Assembly: GCA_964016885.1 (NCBI GenBank)
Contig: OZ024745.1
Coordinates: 58,776,001 to 58,840,000, forward strand
Direction of reading: 5' to 3'
DNA: 64,000 nucleotides
Source of the DNA: Eledone cirrhosa
Lineage: Eukaryota
Positions 26,887 through 41,068 of the stretch are shown here, in pieces. The notes beneath the pieces are model-generated. The model had not been told where the DNA came from and made no database searches. It saw nothing but the letters and a program-made list of their open reading frames with translations. The translations under genes were made by a program, and so were the position numbers. How positions within the stretch are numbered: position 1 is the first letter of the stretch; every line of letters starts with the position of its first letter.

Positions 26887-27684
26887 TTCTAGTATCAAAT
26901 TTTTCGTCGTACTATTGCGACCTGTTCATATTTGCAAAGACATTTACTGTTATTCATGTCCTTGTGACATCATTTGTATGACAACTCATTGTACAATGTG
27001 TGTAACACCAAAATTTGCCTCAGGTGTCAGGTTGACACTTGGCAAGATAGGAGAAAAAAGCAGAATTCAAACGGAGTTCCAAATAATGATAATAATGATG
27101 ATAATTTTAAAAAGGGAAACAACAGATATGGAAAAGGGCAATGATATTTATATTTACAGCAACAATTTACCGATATGCGAACAGGCGGTAGTCAAGCAAA
27201 TTACTTTCCCAAATGCAGTGCCAGACCACGCGACTAAGAATAAATCAAACAATTAATACAAGAATACTGGAATATAAACGAGCATTCAGGCGTAAATAGA
27301 CATCTTAGTGAAGCATGAAAGTATTGGGAGCATTTGAAGCACTAAACGATATTCTACTAGATTACACTACGACATTATATTATAGTACATATTAAATAGA
27401 AACATGCTACTACAGTTGAAAATTGCTTCTCTTTCTATTCTATAAAACCGATTGCATCAACAAGAATAATATCATTAACTGCTTAATAGGATCAATATTA
27501 CTTGCAGTTGTTTTCTGGTCATATTCTAGAGCAATAGTTACATTATAATACACTTTGTATAATTTTTTTTTTTTTTTTTTTTTTGTAAATGGATGTTCGC
27601 TAATTGAATTTCTCTTTACATGCGAAGACAGCTTAGTAAGATGACTTTAAATTTAGTATATTACTGATGATTTATTCACCTAGT

Positions 27685-27890
27685 AGCAGTGGATTCTTTC
27701 GGTGTTCTTGACCGCCACCGCCACCCCACCCTGGATCACATCTCTGCTCACTGCTATCGGAGCAGAAATTTCTGCTCGCATGTGCGAGTCCGCGAGGTGG
27801 AGTTGATTTTCCAGTGCGTTTCCCTTGCTAAAATCCGGGCAAGGTCTTCTCCATCCTGTCGACCGGGACCACGAGGCAGATTAGGATAGG
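27685..27890 (+). repeat. GC-rich interspersed repeat of unknown class
   Basis: Homologous in reverse orientation to 36447-36690 (gtgcgag..cgcgaggtg...ttccagtgc...tcttctccat..ctgt...accacgaggc). Confidence 0.65.
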
Positions 27891-28404
27891 TGTAGGGTGA
27901 CAGTATTCAGGCGAAAGGGTTAATAATGCTCACGCACACACATACACACACAATAATACATCACACTTCCCACATAATCTGGAAACAAATTTCTTAATAA
28001 AACAGCCATGCCTCTGCCCATACATTATTTAACATTGAATATTGTATGGAAGCCAGAATTGTATTGTATTGTCTCAGAATAGTGAGACTACACACTAGGG
28101 ATTGTAAATCTGACCTAGTCAACACTACAGACATACAGACTACGATTTTAACATAGATATGAATTCTACAAACTTCTCGAAGGTGATTTATCAACACACT
28201 GCCATGTAAAATAGTTTGGTAATATTAATACATTTATAGTACAATCATTCAGTAACATTTATGTTTGTTATGTAATTTGTCTTTTCATTTTTCTTCCTTT
28301 TGTATTATCGAATACTTACACATACGCTCAAACGGATATACACATGTACAATCATACACATACGTTTAGGCATTTCTAGTAACATTATATATATATATGG
28401 CAAG

Positions 28405-28589
28405 GGCGCAGGATTGGCAGTATCGGTAGAGGGTTGGACGCCATGCTTTGCAACAAAGATTTACGGTCCTTGCCATTCTGAGTTCAAATCCCGCCGAGGT
28501 TAACTTTGCCTTTCATCCTTTCGGGGTCGATAAAATAAAGTACCAGTAATACACTGGGTAATTGCTGGCCTTGTGCCAAATGTAGAAAC

Positions 28590-28592
<3 letters not shown>
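28405..28592 (+). mobile_element. Full-length Meta-domain-like tRNA SINE
   Basis: A box tggcagtatcggtag, B box gagttcaaatccc, core gcctttcatcctttcggggtcgataaaataaagtaccag, tail ctggccttgtgccaaa..tagaaacaatt. Confidence 0.88.
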
Positions 28593-28627
<35 letters not shown>

Positions 28628-28953
28628 AGGGGATTTTTTGGAAAACCAGCAGTCAGTCATGGAGAAAGACAAAAGCCGATGCAGCTTGGCACTAGAAACT
28701 TCGCACTCATTTCTAACGCTGAGTGAAGTGGAGTAACGAGAAATAAAGTGTTTGCAAGACATTTATATATTATATATATATAAGTTAACGAGATATCGTT
28801 TAAGGTAATCCAAGTAGAAGTATTGATTACTCTGTATCGAGGATAGTTTTAACGTTCGGCGTTGTTTGATTCAACAAAAAGTTTCCTCAGTCGGGTGGCC
28901 GGTTTAAGACAGTTCCTCAGTAAGCGGTTCTTGGAGTAATAACAGTAAATGGG

Positions 28954-29044
28954 TGAAGAATAACGTGGTCGGCTGTACAATAAGGTTTATTCAAAGTATA
29001 CTTTGAATAAACCCTATTATACACCCAACCACGTTATTCTTCAC
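28954..29044. repeat. ~45-bp-arm palindrome
   Basis: gtgaagaataacgtggt...tttattcaaagta|tactttgaataaa...accacgttattcttcac. Confidence 0.8.
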
Positions 29045-29074
29045 TCCATGTAAAGACCTGTTAGTTTTATCTAA

Positions 29075-29256
29075 AGACATTTTTTCCAATTCCAACCTGC
29101 CCGTCCCCTCAATCTATCTTATTTCTCATTCTTTCTTCTGATGAAGGATTAGCGTCTGAAACGTTAAGACCCTCTTCCTGCTATATCAAGCGGTAACCTA
29201 ATATATCTCTTCCATATACTGTACCGATTGTGTTGTTATTTCTGTTTACCTTTTAC
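29075..29256 (+). mobile_element. Family D module with HHR (29134-29169)
   Basis: TCTT-CTGATGA-aggattagcgtct-GAAA-cg-TT-AAGA. Confidence 0.85.
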
Positions 29257-29371
29257 ATACACATATATATATATATAAACTCATATATATATATACACAT
29301 AGAGAGTGATGTATACATGCACACACACACACACACACGCATACATGCACACATACACACACACACACATG

Positions 29372-29483
<112 letters not shown>

Positions 29484-29611
29484 GAGAGAGATGTTTTAAA
29501 ATGTATGTATAATATATATATTTAAAGTGTGGACGTGTAGAATCTTGGTCGTCTTCGAAAACGAAGGAGGAACGAGGACAGATACATATTATGCATACAT
29601 ATTAAAACATT

Positions 29612-29703
<92 letters not shown>

Positions 29704-29764
29704 GGTGTGTGTGTGTGTGTGTATACATCACTCTCTATATTTATATATATATATATATATATAT

Positions 29765-30270
<506 letters not shown>

Positions 30271-30597
30271 ATCTGTAACCCTTTAAACTGTCCACAAAGA
30301 CAATCCATTATGATATACAAACCGGTCTATCTCATTTCCAAATCGGATAGAGCGATTTGTATGGTATAATGCATTTGTACTAACAACTAGTTCAACAATC
30401 AGTTAACCAGTGCACTCACAATATTTTGTTTCAGTACTATACGGTGTATACAGTTAATATTCATAAATATACTTACCTATAACATATAACATTGAAAATA
30501 CATCGGAAACGCACCAGTGATTTGTTTATCGAACTAGATACCAATAATGCCTTATAATACGCAAGCCGTTCTGTTTATATATATATATATATATATA

Positions 30598-30755
30598 CAG
30601 GTAAAATTCCATTATAACGAATTTTTCAGTATGACGAACATTTTTCAATCCCCGGCCACACGCTCAATGTGTTAGGTCCATCTCGTTATGAAGAATTTTT
30701 CGTTGTAACAATTTTTTATATACGCCGTGAATTTCGTTATAACGGAATTTTACTG
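30598..30755. mobile_element. Tc1/mariner (pogo/Tigger-like) MITE
   Basis: TIRs cag(g)taaaattccattataacgaa / ttcgttataacggaattttactg, with TA on both sides. Confidence 0.8.
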
Positions 30756-30810
<55 letters not shown>

Positions 30811-30852
30811 GCGAAACATAAGTCAATTGTATGAACTCATAATCCTTTATTT

Positions 30853-30903
30853 ATATATATATTTCGATGATAGCCATTGAATGGCTATGACCTCATCAGG
30901 CAG
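30853..30903 (-). ncRNA. HHR core remnant (stem I lost)
   Basis: CTGATGA-ggtcATAGCCAT tca ATGGCTATcatc-GAAA-tatata-TA. Confidence 0.55.
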
Positions 30904-31097
30904 TTAGTCAGTTCTTAGATATGCCAGCTCTGTGTTTATAGTGTTGATGGTATCAGAGCCTTGGGACATATATATATATATATATAGCAAGTACAAATCG
31001 AGTTGTTTGAGGTAATCACAAAGCACCCAATAGAGTGGTATGTTAATACATTACACACACATATATATATGTGTATATATATATGTATATATATATA

Positions 31098-31172
<75 letters not shown>

Positions 31173-31173
31173 T

Positions 31174-31339
<166 letters not shown>

Positions 31340-31831
31340 TGAGGACCTATGTATTGTCACACATTCAAATACATAAATGGATGTCTACTATAAGATAGAG
31401 TGAAGTTGATATAAACGAAGGCTACGAATGAAAATGAATGTGTAAGTATGTGCGTATGTATGTACGTATGTATGAGTGCATGTGTGTATGGATGCGATAT
31501 TGAAGGGAAATACCAGGGAGATGGGGGAAGTGTATATATCTAACACTCTAAAGAAAAGATCTATTTTAAAATAGGTTAAGTTACTTTCTAGCGCGGTTGT
31601 GTACATCGATGCATAGTTGGAGTAGTGCATGTAAAATATTGAAAGTCACTCAGGCAAGCATGTAGACAGATGCACACAGATTTTTGACCGGCGTTGTTAC
31701 CAATATTCCGAATGATCGCATGATTGCAGTCACTCTCCTCCACTGTATATCTCAATTAAAATATTGTTTTGCTCCATTGAAATTTCGAGAGTTCTATCTC
31801 ACTGTATATCTCTATCTGTCTACAACATATA

Positions 31832-32383
<552 letters not shown>

Positions 32384-32583
32384 GAGAAAAACCACAGACC
32401 CTCCATCTCAATTCTACTTTTGAAAAGCAGAAGAACTGCGAAACCGGTAAAGGAACCAAATAAATATATATATTTTTTTAAAAATAAGATTCCAGTTGCA
32501 TTTTCGATTCCATCTTTTTTTCTTTATACTTTAACTCGTGTAGGACACCTCGGTTATTTTTCATTTTGTAAAAAAACCCTCAC

Positions 32584-32657
<74 letters not shown>

Positions 32658-34589
32658 CCCCATAGTTAGTCGATTGGTTGGATCACCCAACACTAATTAT
32701 CGAAATATATATATATTATACTATATATATACCTATAATTTAATATAATACAATACAATATAACACGTATGGTTTAAGGGATATTTTGTTGGTATTTATT
32801 TCTAGGAGGTCAAGTAGGTCATCATTATTGGCCCATTTAATATCAGTTGGTGTTATTTCTAATATGATAATGGTACAGCTTTTTACTAAATACAGTTCCA
32901 TCTTTCTGCACTACATGGTTATATTTGAAAACGCACCTCAGTCGAGATTTCGTTTCGTAACACTTGTATTGATAAAGTAAAAGCCTGATACGTAAATATT
33001 CATATCCATTATATACTTCTCATCCAAAAATCCCCCTCCTTTTAATAAATGGACAAATTATTAGACATCAATAGATTTATAAATGTTTAAAACTTGATAT
33101 TGAATGCTAAAGTAGATACAAGGTCACGAGTTAAAGTCAAGTGGGTTATAATCGATGAAATCAACTCCCATACTTGACTGGTACTTAATTTATCGGCCTC
33201 AGAAACTAAGGTCGACTGAGAACGCAATTCCATGCTGAAAGTAAAAGCAATAGATTACTATATAATATTTTTATAATTTCCTTTCTCTTAAATACTCAAC
33301 ATGTTTTGCTTTCCTTTATTAGATATTGTTCTTCTTGTCAGAACTATTCTCAGAACGCGAAATAAAACGAATGTTCTTGAAGAACTATTGATTTCTTTGA
33401 CCAGGCAGAAGGCCAAATTTTACAAAGTATTTAATTTGCTGCCCTACAGATTCTACCATTTCCCGTTTCCATTATTGATAATATTAATGCTATTAGTCGC
33501 AAGAGTTGTAATGCAAGAGTTGAACTACTGTCAAATCTGCATTAGAGGAGCAATTTTCGCTTGATCCCATTTCAGGTCACTTACACTGCTCACGTTCTTC
33601 AAAAAAGGTATACAACAATATTCTTTCTCCCACCCTAATCTATATAACTTATTCCTATCAAAAATAATTAATGTTATTTCCGTTAGTGTAGTAAGTAGTA
33701 TAAAGCAAATGATATACTTCCGGCAACCTGAATCGCGTGCCAGTTCCAATTTCCTGTTGTTGCCATTTCATATTGCTCAGGTTATAAATGCTTTTTGAAA
33801 AGGAATGAATGCCATATATTCGTATTCCCATCACCTATAAAACATGGCTCTACGACAAAAGGAAAAAAAATATTGCATTGTTTTATTAGAGTGGTGTTTT
33901 GGATAAGAAACTATAATTGGGATTCTTTTTCATTTTATTTAATTTTCCTCCTTACCTTTGTCAGTTCATATCTCGCCAGGATTAATTTTACCTTCGATCG
34001 TTATGAGAATTGATGTAGCTTCGGTGATGTGTACTGATCAGGTCAACCACTCAATTCTATCACAATTTCGTCAGCATTTTTGATCCACAATCTATTTGAT
34101 ATTCATCTCATCGTTGTTGATAAAAATACGCAATATATATATGAGTGGGTATGTATAAGAGAGAAAGAGAGAAGGGGGATAAAGAGAACATTCAGTCATG
34201 AATGACCATGGGATTTACTTCTAGGTTTCCCTTCCGGGTATAAATCTGGGCAGGGTGATTTTATGTAAGACTTGCAGTCGACCATGTTGTCCAAGGGAAA
34301 GGCAATGGCCGATACAGCGTTGTACCAGTGATATATCCTAATATATATTAGGGTATATCACAGGAAGCATCGTTAAAGAGATGGACAAAATGATTTGCGG
34401 TATCTAGTTCAAATATTATAAAAATCAGCTTTTGTTCAAATTTTGCGGCGATTAACTTTGTCTTACATCCTTCCAAAGTCGATAAAAGTACCACTCATAA
34501 ATCAGAATGGATTTAGTGAACTATACCCAACCCACCATAAAATGTATTGCGTTGTAGACAGAAATGTTTTAAGATAGAGAATGACAAAA

Positions 34590-34775
34590 TCATTAGAGTT
34601 CCGGACAAAATATATTGTGGTATTTAGTTACGGCCCTTTACGTTCTATATCTAAATTTCACTGATATCAACTTTGCCTTTCATCCTTCCGAAGTCGATAA
34701 ATTATGATATCAGTCAAGAACTAGGATCATTTTAATCGTCTATACCATCTTTAAAATGTATGGCCTTGTCAGAAA
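34590..34775 (+). mobile_element. Diverged Meta-domain-like SINE; another copy at ~34375-34500
   Basis: caactttgcctttcatccttccgaagtcgataaa. Confidence 0.7.
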
Positions 34776-36446
34776 TCCATATATTATGTTAAAACCAATA
34801 TATTAGGATAAATTTGGGTGTTCATACCACCAACTATGTGAAAATTGAGCTTAAGTCAGGTCAAAAGAGTTTAGTATTAGTTATTTTAGAATGTTCATTC
34901 TGTTTTGCGTTTTGAGAGTCATTCTACCTAGCAAAATATTATCTATAATAAAAATTGTATAAGAAACCACAAAGCATAGAATGATTTAAAGGTAAGAAAG
35001 GAACTACACAAATAATGAATCGAAAGCTGTTGCTTTATCTATTTATTTATAGTTGATTGTATTTACTTATTTACTTCATTATACGAATACACACAGACGC
35101 GTGCATACACACTCTTGCATACACACACAAACACACGCACACACACATACACACGTGGATACACACACAAATACATGCATACACTTACAGATAAAGAGAG
35201 AGAAAATGAGAGAATAAAACAAATAGAAGAAAACAAGGGAAAGAAAGAGATGTTGAAGAGATAGCAGCTGGTAAGAGAGATGAATGATAAAAATAACGAG
35301 AATTTTCTACTCAAGTTTGAAGCCCCGTGGGAAGAGAAAGGCGAATTCGTGGATTTCATAAGACCATTAGCTTAGTAAATACAGTTTTTGTAATTGTAAA
35401 TGGAAAGTTTATAGCTTCGGCAGTTACAACAAGCACAACAAAATATCTACAGTTAACAACGACAAATCAGCGATAACAATAACAAAAATCACAACCCTCC
35501 TTACCCCCGATATATATATATATATAACTTATAACTTATAATTGAGTCAAAACCATAAATCTTTCGGTCGATTGAATGGACGTAAATGGACGTAACTAAA
35601 TGGTTTAAGATATTTTATCCAGTGTTTTACTCTGTCTGGCATTCCACCATCCCAGTAATAATAATAATGCTCATTTCATACACTGAGACAAAGCTTCGAA
35701 TTTATTGTGGAAGAGACTAAATAGTAGACAGTATCAACCACTGTAGATAAAAAAAATACTTATTTTATCGAGTTCAGAAAGATGAAAAGCGAAGTCATAG
35801 TCCTTCGATATTTCAACACAAAATGTAAAAGGGGATTATCATTAATGATAAATAAATCGTTTTAGACGATGAGAATTCAGTTGTTTTATCAACTGAAACT
35901 TTTACTTGTTAAATTAACGTGTCAGTGGTTGAGTATACTACAGACCTATATGCCACAATTCTCATGCAGAATCAGTGTGACAAATTATGTGTGATTCCCG
36001 CACATTTTCTCTCAACTCAGTTTCACTTACAGGCTCTGGTCGACCTGGTGTTATAATAAAAAAGAATTGCTCAAGATATCACGCTGCAAGTTCGCATTAC
36101 GAATCTCATGGTTGTGAAGCGAACTTCTTAACCACTTAGGTGTGTTCGGAACAAATCAGTAGAAAGATATGCCAGAACTAATACAACACAATCAATACAC
36201 TATTCCCTGTGACACTCATCTCATCACTCGCAGAAATATCTCTGATAAACAGGATATTGAACTAACACATATGGAGGTGAGAATATGACAACTAATAGAA
36301 GTGTCTGTACTACATATCTTCACAGCAACCCTATAAACTCCTAATTCTATTACGTAAAAAGGGGGAAACAAAGTTCTACAGCCAACAAAGCAGAAATATA
36401 AGCTTAAGTAAATTTTTTCCACATGCTACCACCATAAATGAAACTT

Positions 36447-36690
36447 AAGAGGCAGTCCGCCTCGTGGTTCCAGCGAACAGAATGGAGAAGACATTGCTCC
36501 GGAGTATAACGAGAGAGATGCACTGGAACAACCACTTCACCTCGCGGGGCTCGCACTTCCGAGTAGTCAATTCCGCTCCGAAAACAGTGAATAGGGATGT
36601 GGTCCGGGGGTCAAGAACAATGAAAGTCTCCACTGCCACAGGCTCAACTACAAACCAATCAGAGAGCCACCAATTAACGAGGTAACTTAT
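36447..36690 (-). repeat. GC-rich interspersed repeat, same family as 27685-27890
   Basis: Reverse-complement similarity to 27685-27890. Confidence 0.65.
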
Positions 36691-37607
36691 GCATAGGTCG
36701 TCCGGAATACACTACGCCCGCAAATAAAAGCTGTGTTTGTCACGGCTAGAATGTCATTGTTCATAGGTCTGCTTGGTCAGAGCTGATTTGGGGATAAGTA
36801 ACAAAAACAACTACAAGAACATTGGCAGAATCATTAGTTACGGCCTTTTACGTTTCAACGCAAAATTCAAATCTTGTCGAAGTTAAATTTGCCTTCCGGT
36901 CTCGATAAAAAATGTAGTATTCAAATACTACAATCCATTTAATATTTCTATGCGGTATCCAAGACGTAAATGGAATTATAATAGAAGACTAAGAATAAAC
37001 AAGTAAATATAATGTTTTACAAACGAGAAAACATCTAGAATGTTGGGATTTATTTGCTTTGACTAAAGACGAGACCCCATACTTATTGAGAAATTGACTT
37101 TCGTACGATATATTTATTTCCTGAATGGTATGCAAGAAGTATTTGCATACATGATATATTTATAAAGTGACGAAGAATAACAAAATGATAGTTTTTCTTG
37201 TGAAATATTAAACATAGTAAAATATGTCAGAAGTTTCCTTTTCTATCCTACTTTGGTTAAGCAACGTAAGGATAAAAAATCTTGTTCAATCAAAAGCAGA
37301 ATAAAATTAAAAAAAAAAGAACTAGCTGAGAAAGCCTTCTAGAAAAAATGAAACAGATACACACACACACACACACTCACACATACATTTATACATACAT
37401 ATACACACACACATACATACACACACACATACATACTTACAGACACACTCACATATACGCACACAGACACACGGGTGAGAGTAACTCGATATATATTTTT
37501 GTGTGGCTGATTATGCTGATTGGGAGAGGAAATACTGTATATATTTTATCAAATGATTCTATGGACGTACTTTATTGTATATATATATATATATATGTGT
37601 GTGTGAT

Positions 37608-37785
37608 TGAAGTAATTCCGTCGAAAAGGTCCAGGAAAAAAGAGTGCTCTATGTAGGTTACAGAGCTTAATAGTTATGTAATAAACAACATAAGATAATT
37701 ATTTCATTTACCAGTGGTTTCTTGAAAGCAAACAAAATTTGCTTTCAGTCATCGGAATGAAAAAATCCTGGTGTATTTATTGACA
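37608..37785 (-). mobile_element. Family E module, single copy; HHR 37705-37759 with CCGATGA core
   Basis: Matches 13038-13215; core U4 changed to C. Confidence 0.8.
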
Positions 37786-37901
37786 GTGGATTATAAAAAC
37801 AAAAATATAATCTATATGAAAGTAAGGCTGGAAAAGGAAGAAAAGGAAACAGAATAAATATAAAAGTAGATAAACACACATGCACGCACGCACGCACGCA
37901 C

Positions 37902-37995
<94 letters not shown>

Positions 37996-38046
37996 ATATA
38001 TATATATACATACACACATATATACATATATATATATATATACATA

Positions 38047-39100
38047 TATACCTTCCTGCCAGATGATTGAACGTCCGAAAGTATATACTTTCCTTATGCA
38101 TATTAACGGCTGAGTAGCCCAATTTGCATATCGAGTGGGTTAATCGGCCGGGTGCACCGAAAACGAGAAACGGAAAAAATGAAACGAAATTTCATTTCCC
38201 ACTCTTAGTACGGCTGTTACTTAAATATAAGTATGTATACGTACATACATATATGTATACAGACGTACAGTAGTATGTATATATATAGATACATACATGC
38301 ACACATATATATATGTACGTATGGATTCACCGAACATTTATTATAATGCTCGGTGTGTATGTAAACAAACATCCCGAATCAAGCCGTAGTGTCTAGCAAC
38401 CACCGTTGCTCGTTTGTTTAACACTGACAAAGGAACGCTGTACTAGTTTCAAGCCTATTAGCTATCGTCAGCAACGTATACCTTCCTGCCTAAATGTTCG
38501 GTGAATCCATACGTACATATATATATATATGTGTGTGCATGTATGTATATATATATATACATACTACTGTACGTCTGTATACATATATGTATGTACGTAT
38601 ACATACTTATATTTAAGTAACAGCCGTACTAAGAGTGGGAAATGAAATTTCGTTTCATTTTTTCCGTTTCTCGTTTTCGGTGCACCCGGCCGATTAACCC
38701 ACTCGATATGCAAATTGGGCTACTCAGCCGTTAATATGCATAAGGAAAGTATATACTTTCAGACGTTCACTCATCTGGCAGGAAGGTATACGTTGCTGAC
38801 GATAGCTAATAGGCTTGAAACTAGTACAGCGTTCCTTTGTCAGTGTTGAACAAACGAGCAACAGTGGTTGCTAGACACTACGGCTTAATACGGGATGTTT
38901 GTTTACAAACACACCGAGCATTATAATAAATGTTCGGTGAATCCATACGTACATATATATATGTGTGCATGTATGTATATATATATATATACATACTACT
39001 GTACGTCTGTATACATATATGTATGTACGTATACATACTTATATTTAAGTAACAGCCGTACTAAGAGTGGTGAATGAAATTTTGTTTCATTTTTTCCGTT
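38047..39100. mobile_element. Family C: one ~430-bp unit joined to an inverted ~1.4-unit tandem; HHRs at 38436-38476 (-) and 38791-38831 (+)
   Basis: tataccttcctgcc at 38047 and 38477; taaatgttcggtg at 38491 and 38927; CGTTG-CTGACGA-tagctaataggctt-GAAA-ctag-TA-CAGCG. Confidence 0.9.
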
Positions 39101-39402
39101 TATATATATATATTAGTGCAACTTAACATAAGTATTATCTATACCTGTTGCCAATTTTGATATGTGTGTGTATGTTTGAATGTTCGTGTGCGTGCGTGTA
39201 TGGGTGGGTATCTGTGTGTGTTGGTGTCTGTCTGTGTGGGTGTGTGTGTGCGTACGTGTGGCGTTAATGGGGAAAAAATCCAACAAATGAGTAAAGCATG
39301 CTTTTCTGCACTTCTGTCTTTTATTCACACTCCCCATCTCTCTCTCTCTCTCACTCTCACTATCCCTCTCTCTTCCCCTTCCCCTCCCTCCCTCCCTCTC
39401 TC

Positions 39403-39455
<53 letters not shown>

Positions 39456-39795
39456 TCTATGCCTTTTCTGCTGTGCCCTTTAGTTTATATAGAAATTTGC
39501 TTTCTTTGTTGATGTTGTCAGATGTTACAGTGTTTGTTTTGATTTTCTCGTTCGATTTCTTGTGGCTTGTACTTTATACTCTTACAGCTGATACAGACCA
39601 ACAAAATACGCATACACACTTCTGTATACACACTTCTGTATACACACATACACAGTCCCTCGTATCACCATAATGTTGCTCGCAGCTTCGTACTTACAAC
39701 TAGTCACACTCGTTTACTTACTTATACACACACATATCCTCTTAGCTTCGTACAGACGTATGATAACACACACCACACACATACACACACGCATG

Positions 39796-39876
<81 letters not shown>

Positions 39877-40044
39877 AATACACACATACACACAAGCATA
39901 CGCCAGCACACACGTATAGTTCTATATACAAAAGGGGCTTTTTCTATTTCAGGTAGACGCGCTCCATCATCCACTTTTCTAAGAATGTATATCATACACG
40001 AAACGCCAGCATCAACAGTTTTTTTTTCCAAGAGATGATAACAT

Positions 40045-40479
<435 letters not shown>

Positions 40480-40911
40480 CTTGTATTTCTTTGGAATACA
40501 CATCGTCCAAATCCAGAATCAATATCCTGTCAATACTTTAGTATTATGTGCTAATATTGAAGTTGAAAGGCGTGTAGACAGTAATAGAATTATTTGACGT
40601 ACCTATTTGGTTGTCAACTGAATATATATATGTATACTTTCATTTTGTATGTATGTAAAACTTATATTTATTTTAAAGGTAATTTCGCGTGTAGAAAACA
40701 AACCTACATAATATTAGAACTATTACGTAGAATTTACTATGCAACATTTATTTCCTTCTAATCGCTTCCCTTTAATAGAAGGCGAAGATTAAAGTAGATT
40801 CTACGAAACAAAATTTCTGATAAAATGAGTTTCATTGTTTTATTATTACGACTAAAGCTCGCAGCAAGCCATGTCTGTGACCTGGTTGACAATTCATAGT
40901 TGAAGCCATAC

Positions 40912-40944
<33 letters not shown>

Positions 40945-40984
40945 TGTAGTGATGTATGTAGTGATGTATGTATGCATGTATGTA

Positions 40985-41017
<33 letters not shown>

Positions 41018-41068
41018 ATGTATGTATGTATGTATGTATGTATGTATGTATGTATGTATGTATGTATG

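Noticed and set aside
38060-38093. Second, antisense HHR in family C (cagatga...GAAA-gtatatac-tt)
   Set aside because: Core reads CAGATGA, there is no convincing stem I or II, and it is not conserved in the 25870 copy.
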